This document shows, one piece after another, positions 22,991 through 32,752 of a stretch of DNA of 64,000 nt. Both the position numbers and the translations under genes were made by a program. Every line of letters starts with the position of its first letter. Positions within the stretch are counted from its first letter, which is position 1. The stretch spans positions 1,728,001-1,792,000 of the forward strand of contig OY968769.1 of NCBI GenBank assembly GCA_963695345.1, read 5' to 3'. Source of the DNA: an uncultured Methanomassiliicoccales archaeon. GTDB taxonomy: Archaea; Thermoplasmatota; Thermoplasmata; Methanomassiliicoccales; UBA472. The notes beneath the pieces are model-generated. The model was not told the origin of the DNA. It did no database searches and worked only from the letters and a program-made list of their open reading frames with translations.

Positions 22991-25900
22991 TCACTTTCCT
23001 GCTTCTATCCCTCTCCGGTTAAGGGCTTCCTTTACCTTTCGAGGCACCTGGGTCTGATCCCTGGATACCTTAGGCGGAGATTTCTTGACCTCTTTCTTGC
23101 GGGTGTAGAGAGGGGCCACTTCCGGTCCGATCTCCTCACACACTTCGTCAGTGTCCACATCGATCTTGAACTGTGACGCTACCTTCTGCAGGTTCACCGA
23201 CATCTCCGACAGCGCCTGGGCCCTGGCGGTCATGTCCTCCATGCTGGCGGTCAGCTCCTCGGTCGAAGCGGCCGATTCCTCGGCGGACGATGCGGTCTCC
23301 TCTGCCACGCTGGCGATGCTGTCGACCGCCTTGGCGGCCTTGGCGGCGCCTTCCTTCTGGGCCTTCATCTCCACCGAGAATTTACTCATCATGTCCTCGA
23401 ACTGTCCGGACATGTCCGATATCTCACGGAACGCCTTCCCGGTCACTTCCACATGCTGCATTCCCTCGGCGGTCTCCTTGGTGCCGCGCTGCATCGCCTC
23501 GACCGCCTTGGCGGTCTCGCTCTGGACCTCCTTGATCATCTTGGCGATACGCTCGGCGGCCTCCCTTGAGTCCTCGGCGAGGTTCTTGACCTCCTCCGCG
23601 ACGACTGCGAATCCGCGTCCCTGCTCTCCTGCCCTGGCCGCCTCGATGGCGGCGTTCAGCGCCAGCAGGTTGGTCTGGTCCGATATGTTGGTGATGACGT
23701 CGACGATCTCGCCGATCTCCTCGGACCTCTTGCCGAGCGATTCGATGACCTTGGCGCTCTCCTGGACGACCTTCTGGATCTCCTGCATCTTCTTGATCGT
23801 GTTCTCGACGGTCGCGACACCGGCGTTTGCCCTCTGGCTTGTCGTCTTGGCCCCTTCCGACGCGCTCACAAGGCGCTTCTCAGCCTCGTCTACCGTCTTG
23901 GTGACCACGGCCATGCCCTTGGCTGTCTCGTCGACCTGGGCCGCCTGGTTCTGGGCGCCCTTGGATATCTGCTGAATGGCCGAGGAAACCTGCTCGGTCG
24001 AGGCGTTCATCTCCTCAGCCGATGAGGCCAGCTCCTGGGATGTGGACGATACCATGTTGACCGAGTTGTTGACCTCCGATAGCAGTGAGCACATGCTCTC
24101 GCCTATCTTGTCAAGCGAGGTGGCGAAAGCCGCGAAGTCACCCTTAGCTTCGATCGAGACGCGGGCTGTCAGGTCGCCATCTGCGTATGAATTGGCGATC
24201 CTCATGGCTTCCTCTATCGGTCCGGTAACCGCATCAAGTGTTTCATTGACGCCCTGAACGATCATCTGGTAGTCTCCCTGATGCTTGCTTGCGTCCGCCC
24301 TGGTGGATAGTTTCCCTTCCACCGCCGCCTTGCTCAGCATGCCCGCGTCGGCCACCAACGCATTGACCGCGTCGATCGCCTGGTTCAGGTTGTTCTTGAT
24401 GTTGTTGAAATCGCCATTGTACGAGTCGGTGATCTTCGCCGGGATCGCTCCCTTCGAGATCTCGTCGACGTACTTCGCTGCCACGTTCAACGGCCCTATG
24501 ACCGCGTCCAGCGTGTCGTTCACACCTTGTACGATCTTGCGGTAATCTCCATGGTGCTTGGAGGCATCGGCACGCGTGGCCAATTTACCCTCGACCGCCG
24601 CCTTGCTCAGCATGCCAGCATCGGCGACCAAGCGCATTGACCGCGTCGATCGCCTGGTTCAGGTTGTTCTTGATGTTGTTGAAATCGCCATTGTACGAGT
24701 CGGTGATCTTCGCCGGGATCGCTCCCTTCGAGATCTCGTCGACGTACTTCGCTGCCACGTTCAACGGCCCGATGACCGCGTCCAGCGTGTCGTTCACACC
24801 TTGTACGATCTTGCGGTAGTCGCCCTGATGCTTGGAGGCGTCGGCTCTCGTGTCCAGCTTACCGTTGATGGCCGCATCTACTAATGCATCCGCGTCTTTC
24901 GCCATCGATGATATGGCCTCCACCACCTGCATCAGGTCCTTGTTCACGGTCTGGTATTCCTGGCTGATGTCCTTGGTATAATCATCAGCGGGGGTCACAT
25001 TTAGGTCCAGGTTCATGCTTCCAACTGACAGGCTCTTGAGGTTGCTAGACAACCGTTTGAACTCGCCTGCCTGATATTTCTGCTGCCGTATGGTCTTGGT
25101 GACATCCTGCATGACCTCGACATGGCCGATCTTTTCGCCTTTGGCGTTGGTCAAGAAGTTCACGTCGATCTTTGAGTTCTTGCCGTCACGGTCGGAGATA
25201 GTGGAACGCTGTCCTTCCCTCAGACGGATGATGCCGCAATTCTTCGTGTTGCATATCGGGCCGTTCCATGCTGCGCAGTGCTTGCCCAGCAGGTCCTTCC
25301 GGTCCACCTTCAATATGCCCATGGCTGGCTTGTTGATGAAGGTGATCTTCATGCTCATGTCGGTGACCGATATGGGCCATGGAATCGAGTCCAGGATCTG
25401 CTCGTACCAATAGGTCTTCTCCACGACCTTGTCCAGTGTCTGGTTGAAACCGGAGATTACCTTAGCGAAGTCTCCCTTGTGCCGGCTCAGGTCCGCACGG
25501 ACCTCGAACTTCTGTTCAGCCGCCGCCTGTTCCAGCATCTTCGAGTCGTCGAGCATGCAGGTGATGGCGTCGATGCACATGTTAAGGTTGGTCTTCATAA
25601 TGTTGAAGTCGCCGTTCCAGTTCGCCGTGATCTTGCCGGGCATGTCGCCCTTGGAGATCATCTTGACGTAGTGGGCAGCTACCTTTAGCGGGGCCAGATA
25701 GGCATCGAGGGTATCGTTGATGCCTTTGACGATCTTCCGGTCATTGCCTTCGAACTTGTCCACGTTGGCCCTTGCCTTCACATCGCCGGCGATCGCCTTC
25801 TCGGTAAGCGCGAGGACCTCCTTGGTGTACTCCATTTCCCTGGTGATATCGTTGAAGTATTCAACGACGCCTTGAACCTTGCCAGCGTCGTCCTTGCGGG

Positions 25901-26549
25901 CAGTGGCTGTGATCCGGAACTGCTTGTCCTCCCCATGGATCTTCATCACCACATCGCCTTTCGACATCTCTCCGGTCCTGAGGACGGCCTCAAGGACGAC
26001 ATCCGGTTTATTGCCTATGCCAGAATCGAATATCTCATAGCACTTCTTGCCCAGGACGTCCGACTCATTGAGCCCCAAGACCTTCAAGGCGGTCTGGTTC
26101 ACGAAGCTTATGCTCAGGTCTGATTCAATGGATATGACCATATTGGGGGCGTGGTCCACGACCGATCGGGTCAGTCCTTCAGAGACCGCTCCCAGAGGCT
26201 CAAGGTAACCGACTCCACCCATTATCTTCCCAGATTGATCGAAAAGCGGGATCGCTTTCATGTGGATGTTAAGCTTTTCATTCTCCGAGTTCATGATCTC
26301 CATGGAGCTGATCTCGATTCCCTTGCCGCTGTTCAGTGCGTCGATGACCGGACACCCTTTCTTACCAATGGTGTTGCCAAAGACGTCCTTGAGGCGCATG
26401 CCCAGTGCCTCCACCAATGGATACCCCGTCATGTCTTCGGCGGCCTTGTTGAAATGAGTGATCTTTGCGCTCGCGTCGATCGCGAAGGTGGCGACCGGCA
26501 CCGAGGATACGATCTCAGCCAATACTGTAGTTCCTTGGTCATTTTCCAT
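22991..26549 (-). CDS. Soluble MCP 3 (three PAS, poly-HAMP; frameshift near 24628)
   Basis: PAS domains, HAMP repeats and an MA domain; one repeat spacing of 274 instead of 273 marks a 1-nt insertion. Confidence 0.9.
24219..24860 (-). repeat. 273-nt poly-HAMP repeats nearly identical to those in MCP1
   Basis: Anchors at 24219, 24492 and 24766. Confidence 0.88.
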
Positions 26550-26665
26550 TTCTAGTACTCCCCTAGTTTCAATTTTTTTATAACAATCCCGATCTTAGAT
26601 TGTCAGGGCTCTTGCATTTCATGTGCAAAATGCCAAACTCTTGGACAAATGCAGGAATTATGATG

Positions 26666-26706
26666 ATTATAAAGACCAAAGAATCGGCAATCACCCGTGA
26701 TAATCA
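26666..26706 (-). promoter_or_regulatory. TATA box plus upstream 21-nt motif of the MCP3-MCP2 operon
   Basis: - strand TGATTATCACGGGTGATTGCC-N11-CTTTATAA. Confidence 0.7.
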
Positions 26707-26830
26707 AAAAGAGGCCTTGTCACGCTCGCTCCGAATTCATACTGAAATCAGGCCAGATATCATGGACTCGCTTCTTAAAGTGAGATTCAAGCCGTCGTGT
26801 TTTCTATACTAGCAAGACTCTTTTCAATGG

Positions 26831-27667
26831 ATGGCACCAGAGCGAGTCTGCACAGACAAGGATTTTATCACTTTAAAGAAGAAGATATTCCACTCCACCT
26901 CCCTCGATCTCGGCCAGTACAAGGATACCTATCTGCAGAGACGGATCGGGGTACGGATGCGGAGCTGCGGATCCAAAGTGTATGCGGATTACAGCAGCTT
27001 TCTCGATTCCAATCCCAAGGAGTACGACCATCTCCTTGACGACCTGACGATCAATGTGACCCAGTTCTTCCGGGACCCGATCGTATTCAAGGCGATGGAA
27101 GAGGAGGTGTTACCCCTTTTGATCTATGACAAGGTCAAACACGGGAAAAGGGACATAGCGATTTGGAGTGCCGGATGTTCCAGTGGGGAAGAGCCATACT
27201 CCATCGCGATCATGATGCGGGAGTTGCTGGGCGAGGAGATGGACAATTTCAATGTCAATATCATCGGCTCGGACATAGATGACTTCAGCCTCGACGCTGC
27301 CGCCGTCGGGAAGTATCTCCCGCGCCAGGTGACGAATATCAAAAAAGAGTACCTGGAAAGGTACTTCACGTTGGAGGATGAGATGTATCAGATATCCCAG
27401 GACATCATGGATATGGTGGACCTGCGCAAGATAGACCTGATCGCCTCCAAACCTCCCACCAAGTTCGACTGCATATTCTGCCGCAACGTGGTCATCTACT
27501 TCACCCGCGAGATGCAGGAGCATCTTTACATGAAGTTCTACGACTTCCTGAACGAAGGGGGATATTTCGTAATGGGCAACACTGAGACCCTGGTCGGGGA
27601 GGCTTCGCAACTGCTGACCACGTTCAAGAGCCGGGAAAGGATCTACCAGAAGATCGCCACCGTTTGA
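26831..27667 (+). CDS. cheR: Chemotaxis methyltransferase CheR
   Basis: TINVTQFFRD, WSAGCSSGEEPYS and CRNVVIYF motifs. Confidence 0.97.
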   Translation: MAPERVCTDKDFITLKKKIFHSTSLDLGQYKDTYLQRRIGVRMRSCGSKVYADYSSFLDSNPKEYDHLLDDLTINVTQFFRDPIVFKAMEEEVLPLLIYDKVKHGKRDIAIWSAGCSSGEEPYSIAIMMRELLGEEMDNFNVNIIGSDIDDFSLDAAAVGKYLPRQVTNIKKEYLERYFTLEDEMYQISQDIMDMVDLRKIDLIASKPPTKFDCIFCRNVVIYFTREMQEHLYMKFYDFLNEGGYFVMGNTETLVGEASQLLTTFKSRERIYQKIATV

Positions 27668-27755
27668 TGGAGTTTAGCAGAATAGAATATGGCCAGTGTA
27701 TTCGGGGAAGGCCCCGAAACCTATATTAGCTTCAATCGGGTCATGTCCGATCGTT

Positions 27756-28754
27756 ATGTCGGGAACCCCTCTCGGTGATCCTGAGAAAGTCATCGAAGTC
27801 AAGGATCTGGTGCGAATCTACCGGACGAGCCAGGGTTACATTCATAAGAAGAGAAAGGAGACCTTGGCAGTGGACCACATATCCTTCTCGGTGAACAAGG
27901 GGGAGCTGTTCGGGATACTGGGACCCAACGGGGCCGGGAAGACCACCACAATAAAAATGCTCACCACTCTTCTCATACCGACCTCCGGGAGAGCGACGGT
28001 GCTCGGACTCGATGTCAGCAAGGACCCGTACGAGATCAGGAAGAGGATAGGTCTGATCATCGGAGGCGAGCGCGGTCTGTACTATCGCATCAATGGCAGG
28101 CAGAACCTGAGATATTTCGCCGACCTGTATGGAGTGCCGCGCCATGAAAGGGAGCAGCGCATCGAGGATGTGCTTCGAAGGGTCGACCTTCTTGACCGGG
28201 CGGACGATCGGGTGGAGGATTACTCCAGGGGCATGAAACAGAGGCTTCACATCGCCAAAGGCCTGATCAACGACCCGGAAGTAATATTCATGGACGAACC
28301 GACGATCGGTCTCGATCCACAGGCCTCCCGGGATACCCGGAACCTGATTAAGGACCTAATAGCCAGCGGCAAGACCATCCTTATGACCACTCATTACATG
28401 TTCGAGGCGGACGATCTATGCGACCGGTTGGCCGTGATCAACAAGGGGAAGGTCGTAGCAATGGATACCCCCCGGGGGCTGAAGTCCCTGATGAAGGACA
28501 CATGCGTGATCGAGGTGGAAGGTTTTGGTCTGACGGAAAAGGACATCGAGGTTCTAAGAACGGTTCCTGGTGTCCGAGCGGTCAGCTCGGCCATGAACGA
28601 GGACAAACAGGTCCTGCGAGTGCAGGTGACGGACGCCGGAGAGATGCTGGCCCCGATAGCGGGGTGCCTGAGCGGAAAGAACATCATCGACATGAAGGTC
28701 AAAGAGCCCACGCTCGAGGATGCCTATCTATGGCTGGTCGAGAATAATGACTAG
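27756..28754 (+). CDS. ABC-2 exporter ATP-binding subunit
   Basis: GPNGAGKT, YSRGMKQ and DEPT motifs. Confidence 0.93.
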   Translation: MSGTPLGDPEKVIEVKDLVRIYRTSQGYIHKKRKETLAVDHISFSVNKGELFGILGPNGAGKTTTIKMLTTLLIPTSGRATVLGLDVSKDPYEIRKRIGLIIGGERGLYYRINGRQNLRYFADLYGVPRHEREQRIEDVLRRVDLLDRADDRVEDYSRGMKQRLHIAKGLINDPEVIFMDEPTIGLDPQASRDTRNLIKDLIASGKTILMTTHYMFEADDLCDRLAVINKGKVVAMDTPRGLKSLMKDTCVIEVEGFGLTEKDIEVLRTVPGVRAVSSAMNEDKQVLRVQVTDAGEMLAPIAGCLSGKNIIDMKVKEPTLEDAYLWLVENND

Positions 28755-29532
28755 GTTACGGGCCCTCACTTCATCGTTCCGCCATCAGATGCTCCACTTC
28801 TTTGCGGAGCCCCAATGGCTCATCCCGAACATCATCGCCCCGTTCGTGATGACCCTGGTGGCGCTGATGCTCTTCCGCAACGCCGATGGCAACTTCATCC
28901 TCTACGCCATCCTGGGAGGAGGAATGATGGGGATGTGGGGGAACACCCTGTACTCTTCCGGATATTCGATACAGTTCGATCGATGGAACGGTACCTTGGA
29001 AGCGGTGCTGGCCACCCCGGCGCCGCTGGTATGGATAATCGCCGGCAGGTCCCTCTGGAACGCTCTAATCGGCATACTCAATGCGGTGTTCATCTTCATC
29101 ATCGCGGTGTTCTGGTTCAAGGTCCCGATGGTCCTGGTTGACCCCCTGTTGTTCTTCTTGGCTCTGTTCGTCACCCTGCTTTCGCTGGCGGCGTTGGGGT
29201 TGGTCTTCAGTTCCGCCTTCGTTCTGACCCGGAACGCCAGCGTTTTCACAAACGGGCTGGAGTTCCCCATCTACGTCGGCACGGGAACGATGTTCCCGAT
29301 CGCCATGCTGCCGGCCTGGAGCGGACCCCTCTCGCTTTCGCTGGCGCCCTCCTGGGGGATCGACGCGATGAGATATTCCGCCCTCAGCGCCTACGTCGGG
29401 CTCGAGCCCGGTTACTGGGGAGACATGGCGGCAATGGTCGGACTGGCCCTGGTCTATGTTTCCGTGGCATTCTTGCTCTTCCAGGCCATCGAGAGAAGGG
29501 TTCGGGTCAAGGGCGACGCGGGGAGGATCTAG
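28747..29532 (+). CDS. ABC-2 exporter permease
   Basis: About 6 TM segments; DRWNGTLE motif. Confidence 0.9.
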   Translation: MTRLRALTSSFRHQMLHFFAEPQWLIPNIIAPFVMTLVALMLFRNADGNFILYAILGGGMMGMWGNTLYSSGYSIQFDRWNGTLEAVLATPAPLVWIIAGRSLWNALIGILNAVFIFIIAVFWFKVPMVLVDPLLFFLALFVTLLSLAALGLVFSSAFVLTRNASVFTNGLEFPIYVGTGTMFPIAMLPAWSGPLSLSLAPSWGIDAMRYSALSAYVGLEPGYWGDMAAMVGLALVYVSVAFLLFQAIERRVRVKGDAGRI

Positions 29533-30339
29533 ATGTTAGGCCGGTTCTCCGGATTCGTCCGTGTGTTCTGGTCGTCGGCCGTTCTGGCCAAGAACGCACT
29601 GTTCAACTGGCTATCCCCTCCCATGTGGATAATGCAGCTCTTCTCCATATCGCTGTTCCAGATCGCGTTCTTTGTCTACGTCACCAATTTCGCGGGGAAC
29701 CCGGACATCAGCGTTACCTATGTCGCCATCGGGAACGCGCTGCAATCGATTTCCTATGTCACCGTATTCGCCGTCTGCAACATCACCGGGGAGGAGAAGC
29801 AGCAGGGTACGCTGGGACCGATACTATCCACACCGGCGAACCGCATGGCCATGTTCATAGGGCGCGCCCTCTTCCAGATAGTCAACGGCATTGCCACCGC
29901 GGTGATCGCGTTGTTCTACGCCGCCTTCCTTTTCGGGGTGGATTTCTCCCGCACGGACATGCTGGCATTGGGAGTCGTTGTGGTCATTACGGCCTTCGCC
30001 ATGACCGGGTTCGGCCTGATGCTCAGTTCCGTAGGGCTGTACCTTAGAACATCGATGATAATCGCCAACATCTTCCTTTTCATTGGCCTGCTTTTCTGCG
30101 GGGTCAACTTCCCCGTATCCTACCTTCCCGGATACCTGCAGCCGATCTCCTACGGCATACCGATGACCTTCGGCACCGATGCGGCCAGGGCGGCGGTCGA
30201 GGGCACATCGCTGTTCGGAATGGCGGGAACGCTCGGATTGGAGGTGCTGGTAGGCCTGGTGGCCCTATTCCTGGGCTACTTGATGTTCATTATGTTCGAG
30301 AACCTGTCGAGAAGGCGCGGGACGATGGACCGGTATTGA
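29533..30339 (+). CDS. ABC-2 exporter permease
   Basis: About 6 TM segments; EKQQGTL motif. Confidence 0.9.
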   Translation: MLGRFSGFVRVFWSSAVLAKNALFNWLSPPMWIMQLFSISLFQIAFFVYVTNFAGNPDISVTYVAIGNALQSISYVTVFAVCNITGEEKQQGTLGPILSTPANRMAMFIGRALFQIVNGIATAVIALFYAAFLFGVDFSRTDMLALGVVVVITAFAMTGFGLMLSSVGLYLRTSMIIANIFLFIGLLFCGVNFPVSYLPGYLQPISYGIPMTFGTDAARAAVEGTSLFGMAGTLGLEVLVGLVALFLGYLMFIMFENLSRRRGTMDRY

Positions 30340-30436
30340 CCAGCCGAGGATATCGTGGCCATTCCAGAACGTAAAATTTACCTATTCATCCATAACGGAC
30401 CCGAAGAATGACGTTCGAACCTTGCCCAAGAACAAT

Positions 30437-30826
30437 TTACCTGACGACGGTGACCGTGCAGGTGGCCGTCTTGTAGATGGATTCAGCGGTGCTGCCGGAG
30501 AATTTCGCCTTCATTCCGGTCTTTCCAGAGCTACCCATTATGATCATGTCGGCCTCGATCCTCTCCGCCGCCTCCATGATCGTGTTGAACGGGTCACCGG
30601 CTTCCAGGAGCGTGTTCAGCTCCACGCCGATCTCAGCCGCCTTGATCTTGGTCCGGCCAAGAACCCTCATTCCGTTCTTGATGTTCTTGTCCTTCTCCAG
30701 CTCCGCCTTGGGGCTCACCACGTAAATGGCATAAAGATTGCATCTGAGAACCTTGGCAAGCACGATCGCATAATGTGCTGCCTTCTCTGAGTGCGGTTTT
30801 CCGTCATTTGCCACTATCACGTTCAT
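30437..30826 (-). CDS. Universal stress protein
   Basis: IVANDG; IIMGSSG...GSTAE motifs. Confidence 0.93.
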   Translation of the reverse strand: MNVIVANDGKPHSEKAAHYAIVLAKVLRCNLYAIYVVSPKAELEKDKNIKNGMRVLGRTKIKAAEIGVELNTLLEAGDPFNTIMEAAERIEADMIIMGSSGKTGMKAKFSGSTAESIYKTATCTVTVVR

Positions 30827-30946
30827 TAAGCTCTCACCCTATTGCCATTCCGTTATCATGTGGCTTATTGGGGACCTCGTCCATCCTTCCGATGGAAATC
30901 CGACAGTCCCTTTGAGTTGGATTGAAAATGAGGAGCGCAAAGAGGA

Positions 30947-30989
30947 TATTAAAACAGACATCCCCCGGAAATCATCGATGATAACATCA
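30947..30989 (-). promoter_or_regulatory. TATA box plus a degenerate copy of the che-promoter motif upstream of usp
   Basis: + strand taaaac-N11-ggaaatcatcgatgataa aligns with ataaag-N11-ggcaatcannnntgataa. Confidence 0.5.
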
Positions 30990-31115
30990 CCCCAATGAAT
31001 CTGGCTATCGATTTCCGATAATCGGGTGCCATTCATCGGTCCGCGGGACAACTTTATATCCGACCGCAGGATGACACAATCCTGACGCTCAGGCGTCGAA
31101 GCGAGACAGATCCGA

Positions 31116-32108
31116 ATGAACGACTTAGCTCTGAGGTGCATGCCAACGGCCGTCTGGAAGGAAGACGACGTGATCGGTACGGACAAGGTCAAGGCAATGG
31201 TGGCCATACTGCGCACCAAGGGCTGTTGGTGGGCGTTCAAGAAGGGCTGCACCATGTGCGGCTATAATGTCGAGAGCGATCAGGGAATAACCACCGACGA
31301 CCTGAGGGCCCAGTTGGCCAGCGTCAAGAACAAGTACGCTGGAGAGCCGATGGTCAAGATATACACTTCGGGAAGCTTCCTGGATGACCGGGAGATCGTG
31401 CCCGAGCTGCGGCTGGAGATATTGGACTCGTTCCCCCAAGCGCAGAAGATCATATTCGAGACCCGGCCGGAGTTCGTTACCGATGAGGCATTGGCGCCGC
31501 TCCCGAAGGAAAAGGTGCTGGTTGCGCTCGGGCTCGAGTCAGCCGATGATGAAGTGCTACGCCATTCCATTCGGAAAGGGTTCACCGTCGCCGATTACGT
31601 CAAGGCCGCCGAGACGCTGAGACGTCACGCCATACCGGTGAGGACATACCTTCTATTGAAACCGCCGTTTCTGACCGAGGCCCGCGCCATCCACGACACT
31701 ACCGCCGCCATCGAGTTCGCCCGGCCCTACTCAGAGAGCATTTCGATCAACCCGGTCAATGTCCAGTCCAGTACCATCATTGAGGACATGTGGCGGAGGG
31801 GCGATTACCGGTCCCCCTGGATCTGGTCATTGGTGGACGTGCTCAGGGCAGGTTGGAGGCAGGGCGGACCTAGGCTTTTCAGCTCCCCGAGCGGTGCGGG
31901 AACATTGCGCGGAGTGCATAACTGCGATAAATGTGACAGAAAGGTACTTGATGCGGTCCAGCGTTTCTCGTTCGAGCAGGACCCGAAGTACCTCGACGGC
32001 CTTGAATGCGGCTGCAAGGACGAATGGAAGATGTTGCTCCGGGTGGAGGACCTGATGGAGACCACGGTGGACCTCTCTCGGCACCTCGAGGACGAGATCC
32101 GGCTCTGA
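31116..32108 (+). CDS. Archaeosine biosynthesis radical SAM protein RaSEA (TIGR01210-like)
   Basis: ILRTKGCWWAFKKGCTMCGY, KIYTSGSFLD and RGVHNC..CD motifs. Confidence 0.88.
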   Translation: MNDLALRCMPTAVWKEDDVIGTDKVKAMVAILRTKGCWWAFKKGCTMCGYNVESDQGITTDDLRAQLASVKNKYAGEPMVKIYTSGSFLDDREIVPELRLEILDSFPQAQKIIFETRPEFVTDEALAPLPKEKVLVALGLESADDEVLRHSIRKGFTVADYVKAAETLRRHAIPVRTYLLLKPPFLTEARAIHDTTAAIEFARPYSESISINPVNVQSSTIIEDMWRRGDYRSPWIWSLVDVLRAGWRQGGPRLFSSPSGAGTLRGVHNCDKCDRKVLDAVQRFSFEQDPKYLDGLECGCKDEWKMLLRVEDLMETTVDLSRHLEDEIRL

Positions 32109-32125
32109 GATTTCAAGGTGATCCA

Positions 32126-32446
32126 ATGGATTATGATGTTAAGAAGGGACACGGAAAGGAACTTGAGGGCGACGGATTGAGGAGGATCGCCGAAGAGGTG
32201 TTCGGAAGCGCGAAGGTCGAGGGCGACATGGTTGTGGCCAATTACGGCGCCATGACCCACCTGGAAGCCAAGTTAAAGGACAAGTCCACGATCACCCTCA
32301 ACACCACAACCGACACGAAGGCAAGCGTGGAGCTAGCCGCGGACACGATAAAGCAGTATAACGTGTTCTTGGAGAAGGTCACCGGGTTCACATCAAAGGA
32401 GAGGCGGACCCGATTGCAGAAGAAGGCAAAAGAAGGCAAGCTCTGA
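32126..32446 (+). CDS. DUF5611-like small protein
   Basis: YDVKKGH...YNVFLEKVTGFTSKERR; GGTGA RBS. Confidence 0.8.
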   Translation: MDYDVKKGHGKELEGDGLRRIAEEVFGSAKVEGDMVVANYGAMTHLEAKLKDKSTITLNTTTDTKASVELAADTIKQYNVFLEKVTGFTSKERRTRLQKKAKEGKL

Positions 32447-32536
32447 TTTCCTTATCAATCCGTCCTTCGGAAAATGGATGGAAAAAACGATGTCTGGCTG
32501 GGGGTGTTTTTTCTTACCTCCGGCAGACCGTATAAC

Positions 32537-32752
32537 TTATATACCAATATCAGTATGCGAGAGGTGCTCAACGCACTGAGGACGTTCGACCAGACCCCAT
32601 GGGCAATGCACACGCAACCCTATACCCTTCCCAAGGCTAAGTTCTGGGGAAGCAAAACGGTGTCACGGTCGAAGGTGCTGACCTCAACACTCTTGAGAAC
32701 AGGCGTTAGCAACTGAGAGTGTGCTCTCCAATCAACGTTGGGAGAGGGAATC
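32537..32752 (+). promoter_or_regulatory. Promoter and structured ~190-nt 5' leader of the ribosomal operon
   Basis: TTATATA at 32537; complementary pairs tgagg/cctca, ttcgacc/ggtcgaa, cttccc/gggaag, acactct/agagtgt and ctctcc/ggagag. Confidence 0.6.

Noticed and set aside
32555-32750. tRNA, SRP RNA or RNase P RNA upstream of rpl3
   Set aside because: No cloverleaf, SRP helix-8 or RNase P P4 consensus recognised; kept only as a candidate leader
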